Made by a program: the position numbers and the translations under genes. Below the pieces are notes generated by a model. That model worked only from the letters and a program-made list of their open reading frames with translations, had not been told where the DNA came from and made no database searches. Below, piece after piece: positions 57,504 through 64,000 of a stretch of 64,000 nucleotides of DNA (positions are counted from its first letter, which is position 1; each line of letters begins with the position of its first letter). Origin of the DNA: Nanobdellota archaeon (lineage in GTDB: Archaea; Nanobdellota; Nanobdellia; Pacearchaeales; GW2011-AR1). Where the stretch lies: assembly GCA_024654505.1 (NCBI GenBank), contig JANLHN010000003.1, positions 4,314-68,313 on the forward strand. Direction: 5' to 3'.

Positions 57504-58073
57504 TTAATAATCATGCCCGGGAAGAAGTTTGTATCCCTTTTTGATTAAAGCTCTTAATTTGTTTAAACTTTTTGTCATCTTCTTTGGGACAGAGTTTTCT
57601 AAATCTGTTCTCCCAACGCCATTGTTGAAAAGAGTGTCTCCTGTGAATAAAAGTTTGTTTTTGTGGTCTACAAATGAGACGCAACCCCTAGTGTGTCCAG
57701 GTGTTTGTATTACTTCTAGCTCATTTATTCTACCTTGAAAAGGAACTAATTTATTCATTAAAACATCATAGACCTCGGTTGGAACACGACTGAAGAAAAA
57801 ATTAAAATGATTTATTTTAAAGTCCTCAATTTCTTCTTCATCTGCATAAAACTCTGCATTTGGGAATAAATCAACATTTCCAGAGTGATCATAATGTAAG
57901 TGTGTTAATAGAACTTTTTTTATTTGGTCTAGGGGGACGATACTCTCAATTTGTATACGAATACTATTTTTTTGAGACATACACCCTGAATCAATTACTA
58001 TAGGTTCTGGTTTTAAAATTAAGTATACGTTTCCTTCACCTGAAATCTTGTAAACATCGTCGGAGATTTTCAT
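57504..58073 (-). CDS. MBL-fold metallo-hydrolase
   Basis: THLHYDHSGN. The internal MKISDD start was chosen to avoid a 59-nt overlap. Confidence 0.6.
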   Translation of the reverse strand: MKISDDVYKISGEGNVYLILKPEPIVIDSGCMSQKNSIRIQIESIVPLDQIKKVLLTHLHYDHSGNVDLFPNAEFYADEEEIEDFKINHFNFFFSRVPTEVYDVLMNKLVPFQGRINELEVIQTPGHTRGCVSFVDHKNKLLFTGDTLFNNGVGRTDLENSVPKKMTKSLNKLRALIKKGYKLLPGHDY

Positions 58074-58074
58074 G

Positions 58075-58785
58075 TTATACCTCGTATGTGAAAATCTTAT
58101 CATATGGTATAAACCACTTGACAGTTTCTTCAACAGAAGCTCCCTCGGCCACCTTTCTAAAGAGCCTTATTGAATTTCCGTGTGCGGAAATAACTACACT
58201 AACTTTGTTCTTTTTCATAAATTTCTTTAAGTCTTTGATAAATTTTCTTACTCTCTTTTCAACATCTTTAAAGGATTCTCCGTTTGGAGGTGCTACATCA
58301 AATCCCCTATGGATTGCTTTATACTCTTCATTTCCTAAAAATTCTTCAACTTTTTTTCTTAATTTTGGCTCAAGATTCTCGATTGCATCCCCCTCTACTT
58401 CCAAGTCATATTCTTGTTTTCCAATCCTTTTTTTGAATTGATCATGTGTAATTCCTTCTAAGTCTCCATAACTTCTTTCAATCATTCTATTATCTTCAAT
58501 AACTAAGACACATTCCGGGTGGTCCTTTAAAACTGGGGCTAGTGTATCTTTAGAACGTGATAGACTTGTTCTTATTGCAACCTGAAACTTCTTTCTTTTT
58601 AGTGTCTTAGCAAACCCTAGTGCCTGTCTTTTTCCCTTAGCAGTTAGTTTGGCATCTAAATGCCCTGTAAACCGTCCATCACGATTATATGTTGTCTCTC
58701 CATGTCTAAATAAATAGATTTTCAACCTCTTTTTCTTCATAGACTTACTACACTCTAGAGGTATAAAAACATTTTTATAAGACAA
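58075..58785 (-). CDS. histidine phosphatase family protein (third paralogue)
   Basis: LFRHGETTYN RHG motif. Confidence 0.65.
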   Translation of the reverse strand: MSYKNVFIPLECSKSMKKKRLKIYLFRHGETTYNRDGRFTGHLDAKLTAKGKRQALGFAKTLKRKKFQVAIRTSLSRSKDTLAPVLKDHPECVLVIEDNRMIERSYGDLEGITHDQFKKRIGKQEYDLEVEGDAIENLEPKLRKKVEEFLGNEEYKAIHRGFDVAPPNGESFKDVEKRVRKFIKDLKKFMKKNKVSVVISAHGNSIRLFRKVAEGASVEETVKWFIPYDKIFTYEV

Positions 58786-58800
58786 AAGTCTTATTATACC

Positions 58801-59112
58801 ATGTCATTTGCTCTCCCAGTCATTGTGCTAATTGCTTTTATTATAGCTGGGTTATTTTTTCTTAAAACAGAACATCAGTTTAGGAAGGTAAAGATTGTAT
58901 TAATAATTTTATTGGGATTTTTTTTGTATTTTTCTATAGTTAGTGTATTTACTTCTGAAACAGTAGACCTATCTTCACCAGGGGGTGTTGTAAAAGGAGT
59001 TTACCTTTATTTTGGTTGGATTGGTAGGGCTGTGGGTAATCTCTGGGATGTTGGAGTTGATACAACTGGAGCGGTTGTAAGGGCTGTTAAGATCAATAGG
59101 ACAGATGGTTAG
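58801..59112 (+). CDS. small membrane protein
   Basis: Two TM. Confidence 0.4.
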   Translation: MSFALPVIVLIAFIIAGLFFLKTEHQFRKVKIVLIILLGFFLYFSIVSVFTSETVDLSSPGGVVKGVYLYFGWIGRAVGNLWDVGVDTTGAVVRAVKINRTDG

Positions 59113-59113
59113 T

Positions 59114-60883
59114 CTATCTTACAGTAACACTTTTAGCTAAATTTCTAGGATAATCCACATTGTATCCTCTAAGAATGCCTATATTATAAGACAAAAGTTG
59201 TATTGGAATCAGGTTTGCGATTACGGAGGCCACTTCATCGACCTTAGGAGTTTTTATCCAATAATCAAAGATTTCGTTTTTTTCTGGACTAACTCCAATT
59301 ATTATAGCCCCACGTGATTTTACTTCCATAGCGTTGCTTAAAATTTCTTCTTTAGTTTTGTCTTCAGCAATTAAAGCAATAACAGGTGTTCCTTTTTCGA
59401 TTAGGGCAATGGGTCCGTGTTTTAATTCTCCCCCCGCAAAACCTTGGGCATGAATATAGGAAACCTCCATTAATTTTATTGCGGATTCTATGGCTAGAGG
59501 ATAGTTTATCCCTCTTCCAATTATGAATATGTCTTTATTTTTATAGACCTGTTTGGCCACATATCCTATATGTGCCTCATATCTTGGGTTTAGCATATCA
59601 TTGACCTTTCCTGAAAGGTCTAAGAGGATTCTATCTGCTTCCTTTATATTTTCTATACATGCGTATGCCAGAAGAATTACTACGGCGATTTGAGAGGTTG
59701 TGGCTTTGGTGGATGCGACCGCCTTTTCTGGACCCGCATTAATTGGGAAAGTGTAATCTGAAATTCTTTCCATTGATGAACCAGGGTTATTCAAAATTGA
59801 AATAATCTTGCAACCCTTTCTTTTTGCAATATTAAGTGCGTCTAGAACATCTGCAGTCTCTCCACTTTGAGAAACGGCGATTACTAGCGTTTCTGGGAGG
59901 AGAAAATGTTCATAGTTTTCAAATTCGGAGGCTGTAATATAATTTATGTGTTTATTTGCAACCTTAGAAAAAACATATTCTGCAATATGGCATACCCTCG
60001 CTGCGGTTCCACACCCAATAAAGAATACCCCTTTAGCCCCATTTATTCTTTTAGCAACTTCAATTAGATGTTCTTTATTTTGATTCATAGCACTAATGAG
60101 TGTTTCTTTTTGTTCCATTATTTCTTTTAACATAAAATGTTTATAGTCTCCAAGTTCTGCTTCTTCCGCCTTCCAATCAATCTCAATAACTCTCTTTTGG
60201 ACTTGATTCCCTGTTTTAAAATCATAAAATTCTAAATGTTCTCCTATACAACAAATCTGCCCGTCATCTAGATAGGTTACCTTTTTTGTTTTGTCTAGAA
60301 AGGCAGGAATGTCTGAGGCAATGAACACTTCTTTTCCATTAGTTATACCTAGGATTAGTGGAGAACCATTTCTGGAAGCAATCATTTCTCCGGTATCTGA
60401 AGATAAGGCTACAAAAGAATTTCTTCCCCTGACTAAATTGGAAATTCTTATCACAGATTCTTTAAGACTCATTCCTTTTTTCAAACCCTCTTCTAAAAGA
60501 TGTGCTAATATTTCTGTATCTGTTTCACTCCTAAGAGTATGTCCTGTTTTTTCTAAATAATCTCTTAGCTCTTTGAAGTTTTCTATTATCCCGTTATGGA
60601 CTACAGCGATTTTTCCAGAACAATCTTTATGGGGGTGAGAGTTGATTTCATTTACTTTCCCATGTGTGGCCCACCGAGTATGGCCGATTCCCATATTCCC
60701 TGGGAGTCTTTCACATTGGGTATCACTAATTTTTCCAACCTTCCTTTCAGTCATTAAATCTCTGTTGTTTAGGGTGGCAAAGCCAAAGCTGTCATACCCT
60801 CTATATTCTAACTTTTTTAATGAGTTTAGGAGTATATCAAACGCATTTTCTGTTTCAGACCAATATCCTACAATTCCACACAT
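59114..60883 (-). CDS. glmS: glutamine-fructose-6-phosphate aminotransferase
   Basis: The N-terminal MCGIVGY catalytic Cys and two SIS domains. Confidence 0.9.
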   Translation of the reverse strand: MCGIVGYWSETENAFDILLNSLKKLEYRGYDSFGFATLNNRDLMTERKVGKISDTQCERLPGNMGIGHTRWATHGKVNEINSHPHKDCSGKIAVVHNGIIENFKELRDYLEKTGHTLRSETDTEILAHLLEEGLKKGMSLKESVIRISNLVRGRNSFVALSSDTGEMIASRNGSPLILGITNGKEVFIASDIPAFLDKTKKVTYLDDGQICCIGEHLEFYDFKTGNQVQKRVIEIDWKAEEAELGDYKHFMLKEIMEQKETLISAMNQNKEHLIEVAKRINGAKGVFFIGCGTAARVCHIAEYVFSKVANKHINYITASEFENYEHFLLPETLVIAVSQSGETADVLDALNIAKRKGCKIISILNNPGSSMERISDYTFPINAGPEKAVASTKATTSQIAVVILLAYACIENIKEADRILLDLSGKVNDMLNPRYEAHIGYVAKQVYKNKDIFIIGRGINYPLAIESAIKLMEVSYIHAQGFAGGELKHGPIALIEKGTPVIALIAEDKTKEEILSNAMEVKSRGAIIIGVSPEKNEIFDYWIKTPKVDEVASVIANLIPIQLLSYNIGILRGYNVDYPRNLAKSVTVR

Positions 60884-60918
60884 GATATCTAAAAGTGAGA
60901 AGTCTTTTTATAGTTTTA

Positions 60919-61257
60919 TTAGAAATTCATTCTAAATTCTAGTCCTTGTTCAGAAAATCCGAGCCTTTTATAAAGTTCATGGGCCCTCGTGTTTGGGTGT
61001 TTACTTGTACAAATTAATTTATAACAATTATTTACTCTAGCTAACCTTACCACTTCCTCAACAATTTGGGTTCCGTACCCTTTGCCCCTCATATCCTCTT
61101 CAACAAATACATCTTCCATTAGCCCAAAGGGGCGGTCGTGAAGGTCGTTCTTCATTACATAAATATATGCTCTGGCAACTTCTCTGCCACCCTCATCAAT
61201 TGATAATCTTATTCCTCTAGCAAGAACTTCAGATAGCAATACTCTTTTCCTTTCCAT
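60919..61257 (-). CDS. GNAT family N-acetyltransferase (short)
   Basis: MRGKGYGTQIV acetyl-CoA binding motif. Confidence 0.6.
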   Translation of the reverse strand: MERKRVLLSEVLARGIRLSIDEGGREVARAYIYVMKNDLHDRPFGLMEDVFVEEDMRGKGYGTQIVEEVVRLARVNNCYKLICTSKHPNTRAHELYKRLGFSEQGLEFRMNF

Positions 61258-61455
61258 AAGCCACAGACGGGGATCACCTCACAATTTGCATTTGCTCAAG
61301 ATAGTTGAGATTAGTTCGCAAAAGCAAATTGTTCGCCCGTGACGTCCCGGGTTTGAACATAAGCCACAGACTGCTCACACTTCACTCTTGATTAATTATA
61401 TTCTAGCTCAAGAGCAAAGATGTTCGGAATCAAACATTTGATCCCTAAAGCAAGA
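61258..61455 (-). repeat. array of scrambled tRNA-derived fragments (two extra copies of the tRNA-Thr 3' end GTCTGTGGCTTATG, T-arm fragments in both orientations) plus the motif TCACAATTTGCATTTG
   Basis: CCGTCTGTGGCTT at 61261-61273 and CAGTCTGTGGCTTATG at ~61326-61345, both read on the minus strand. CCCGGGTTTGAAC at 61347-61359. The 16-mer at 61279-61294 is identical to 53050-53065. Confidence 0.55.
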
Positions 61456-61528
<73 letters not shown>

Positions 61529-61587
61529 ATTATTTCTTATCTTTTTCCTTTACTTAAATTTATAAATGCTTTCCTAATGACTTATTC

Positions 61588-62127
61588 ATGGAAAAGTGGG
61601 TTCGTAGAACCTTCGATTCCATTTTATTCAATAGGAGAAACGAAAAAATGGAAAAAACAGAACGAGACTACAGGGTGGAGTTTGAGGTACTAAGAAAACA
61701 ATATGATTTGCCCGAATTTAAGGGGTTGGCGGAAGATTTTGATATAGAGAAAACTTTTGATAGTGAATCAAATTTTTTATTAAGAGAAATAAGGCGTGGA
61801 ATAAATGAAAAGCTTGCTGCATATTTGCACTTATTTGAGACATTGATTAGTCCGAATGCCCCCCCAATGTTTATTTTTTCTGTTTTAAGAAAGATTAGTG
61901 AGGAAGACCGAAAGGAGATTAAAGAGATTTATAAAAATATTTCAAGACTAGAGTTAGGAATTATGAAATTAGATACTGTTTATTCTGAAGAAAATGAAGC
62001 GGAATTTATTAAGCTGGCATTTGGAGAATGGCAAGAAATGAAACACAAGATTCTCAAAATAATTGAGAACTTTAATGGCAACTTTGATGAGAGTTCAAAT
62101 TCTACACAGAAAGGGTACTTTGGTTAG
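61588..62127 (+). CDS. hypothetical protein
   Basis: ORF. Confidence 0.4.
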   Translation: MEKWVRRTFDSILFNRRNEKMEKTERDYRVEFEVLRKQYDLPEFKGLAEDFDIEKTFDSESNFLLREIRRGINEKLAAYLHLFETLISPNAPPMFIFSVLRKISEEDRKEIKEIYKNISRLELGIMKLDTVYSEENEAEFIKLAFGEWQEMKHKILKIIENFNGNFDESSNSTQKGYFG

Positions 62128-62179
62128 TTTATTATATTATCACAATAATTCTTAAATACCTTCACTACTCTTTGTTATT

Positions 62180-62479
62180 ATGTTAAATTATCTTGAAAGA
62201 TTCAGAGAAAAACTTGGGGATGATTGTTACTCTGAGGCATATAGAATCTTAAGAGATCACCCTGAAGTTATTCCTCGCCTCTCTGTTCCAGAAATTACTG
62301 GGATTCTTGTCACTTTTGATAAGGGGTTTATGAGAGGGGCATCCGCATATTTAGTTGAAAGGGCAAGAGAATCTAAAACTCCTAGGGAAATGGAAGAGAT
62401 TAGGAAAAACCGCTCGATTGCTCGTCTTTTAATGGAGATTGTAGGAGAATCTGGAGGGGATTTTTGTGATAGCACTTAA
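62180..62479 (+). CDS. hypothetical protein (leaderless, conserved promoter 62141-62160)
   Basis: ORF plus promoter module. Confidence 0.45.
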   Translation: MLNYLERFREKLGDDCYSEAYRILRDHPEVIPRLSVPEITGILVTFDKGFMRGASAYLVERARESKTPREMEEIRKNRSIARLLMEIVGESGGDFCDST

Positions 62480-62487
62480 ATTTAATT

Positions 62488-64000
62488 CTAGTTACTCAAA
62501 AATCCCAAATCAATTTCAAGTGCAACAACAGGCATCTTAATCTTCCAGTTTTTGAGAACTCTTGGAGCAATTTCTCCAATTAGTCCAATTGTCTTTTTAT
62601 CGACGATAATTTTTCCAGAACGACCATTAATGTAGTTGTTGTCTTCAACATCTTCAATTGAATATTCTTTGTTAAGCATTTTAAACAAATAATCTAATAT
62701 TTGTTTTAATTCGGTGAAGTTAACCTCCTCATTAGCTAATGCAATTGCTAATCTTTCAGTTTCTTTTATCCCAGTTTCAGTTTCCTTTGAACTGTCCAGA
62801 GCGAAAACTCTTCCCATTTCAAAAATCTTCTGAGGATAAGACGCGTTAGAGTTTTCAGAGAAGATTTGTAGAAGATTTGTTAATAAATCAATTCTAAGAG
62901 TGTCTCTATCTGTTTTAGAGTCCTCAATATCTATAAACTCTTTATAATCAAAGTGCATTTTTTTCACATCTTTCTTTAAAACTAGATGAAAAGAAGAAGT
63001 TTCTAATAAGCCAAGACCGGCTAAGATTTCTGAGATTATTCTTTTATTTTTTCCATGAGGGTCTTCTCCTCCAATAGTTGATATCTCAGGAATTTCTGGT
63101 TCAAAATTTTCATAACCATATGCAATTGCAATATCCTCTGCTAAATCAATCCAATGCAATACATCTGCCCTATAGGAAGGGATTAGGGCTATGCTTTTTC
63201 CCTTTCTATTATCATATCCTATACCCATTTTGGCAAGAAAGTTCCTGGTTTGTTTTTCGGTTAATTCAATTCCAAGTGTTTTTTCTAGGTTTTTAATCTC
63301 GAAAGGCATTTCTGAAAAAGTCATATCTGGTGTAACTAGATTTCCTGATGGGTCTTTGATGTCCATAGAGTAAATCTTTCCACCCATTTCTGAAAGTGTA
63401 AGGATAATAATGTTTAGGCATTTGTTTAGATAGTGCAAATTATGACCCGAACATTCAATAAAAATGTCTTTGGTTTTTTCGGTTATTCTTCCAGTCTCTT
63501 CCGAGTTGATTATTGGTGGCATGCTTAGAATCTTTCCATCAGCATCGGTGAATATTGGAAAAACTTCTGAATTCTCTAGAAGATGTGCGTATTCTTTTCC
63601 AGTTGGATGATTTTTTAGAATTTGTTTCCCATTCATTTCTTTCCTATCTGGAGAATCTAATGGAAGGAAATTTATATCTCCTGGTTCTTTTGCAGAAAAT
63701 GTAATTGGGAGTTTGATTTTTTCTAAAGGATAAATTCCTATTGCAACTTTCTTTCTATTTCGTCCAATTGAATTATGAAGTTTTTCTTGTAGGTCAATAA
63801 TCTCCTTTATTTTTTCATTATCAAACTTTAGATTCTTTACAATTGCACAAACTGTGTGTGGTCTGACGTTTTTTACAGATTTTTCAACCTTCACAAGATA
63901 ATCTTTTTCAGGTTTTTGAATATTAAACTTCGCCAAGTCACTCTTTCCATTGAATTGGTTTACTGCAAGAGCAAAATTCTGTAGGCTTAGCAAATCGGGT
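62488..64000 (-). CDS. pheT: phenylalanyl-tRNA synthetase beta subunit, archaeal type; N-terminus beyond window
   Basis: B3/B4 domain (VRPHTVCAIVKNLKF) and the C-terminal catalytic-like domain EIAPRVLKNWKI. The frame stays open to the window edge. Confidence 0.7.
   Translation of the reverse strand, partial: PDLLSLQNFALAVNQFNGKSDLAKFNIQKPEKDYLVKVEKSVKNVRPHTVCAIVKNLKFDNEKIKEIIDLQEKLHNSIGRNRKKVAIGIYPLEKIKLPITFSAKEPGDINFLPLDSPDRKEMNGKQILKNHPTGKEYAHLLENSEVFPIFTDADGKILSMPPIINSEETGRITEKTKDIFIECSGHNLHYLNKCLNIIILTLSEMGGKIYSMDIKDPSGNLVTPDMTFSEMPFEIKNLEKTLGIELTEKQTRNFLAKMGIGYDNRKGKSIALIPSYRADVLHWIDLAEDIAIAYGYENFEPEIPEISTIGGEDPHGKNKRIISEILAGLGLLETSSFHLVLKKDVKKMHFDYKEFIDIEDSKTDRDTLRIDLLTNLLQIFSENSNASYPQKIFEMGRVFALDSSKETETGIKETERLAIALANEEVNFTELKQILDYLFKMLNKEYSIEDVEDNNYINGRSGKIIVDKKTIGLIGEIAPRVLKNWKIKMPVVALEIDLGFLSN

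Overview
This window reads as an AT-rich archaeal chromosome segment, probably from a small-genome DPANN-like archaeon. Evidence for that: archaeal TATA/BRE promoters, many leaderless genes, family-B DNA polymerase, FEN1, TFE, archaeal MetAP2, tRNA introns, and short overlapping operons.

Core genes that can be recognised:
- Cdc48 (5' partial).
- A NIF3-like protein.
- RarA.
- A HIT family protein.
- Methionine aminopeptidase.
- A NOL1/NOP2-type RNA m5C methyltransferase.
- A ZIP transporter.
- PolB.
- FEN1.
- TFE.
- A short AlaRS.
- LeuRS.
- GlmS.
- A UvrD-like helicase.
- PheT (partial).
- tRNA-Glu(CUC), carrying a 125-nt intron.
- tRNA-Thr(GGU).

The notable accessory content is:

1. A 7.5-kb high-GC island at about 26990-34483, sharply bounded on the right. 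It contains:
- a clear Major Vault Protein homologue of 979 aa;
- an M29 aminopeptidase;
- a lipobox lipoprotein;
- a protein built from five tandem Cys8 zinc-ribbon-like repeats;
- tiny transmembrane peptides;
- internally duplicated 140-nt, 72-nt and 41-nt regulatory or hairpin modules.
The left edge carries a small winged-helix regulator with a palindromic operator.

2. A second high-GC block at 17590-19158 with no coding capacity and the same edge motifs as the first.

3. A five-gene RiPP-like operon at 3829-7285. It has a 60-aa Cys-rich precursor, a radical-SAM/SPASM maturase, a methyltransferase, an APH-type kinase and a DUF3419-like methyltransferase.

4. A defence-like locus at 8337-12096, with a Cas4-like PD-(D/E)xK nuclease translationally coupled to a Doc/Fic toxin, next to a C5 cytosine methyltransferase and two unknown genes.

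5. tRNA-Glu and tRNA-Thr loci surrounded by serial partial tRNA copies, which look like integration scars. A two-gene remnant element at 53357-54865 lies between such copies.

6. Conserved promoter and leader modules reused by unrelated genes.

7. A cluster of membrane-protein paralogues, plus large secreted Cys-rich and Ca-binding-repeat surface proteins.
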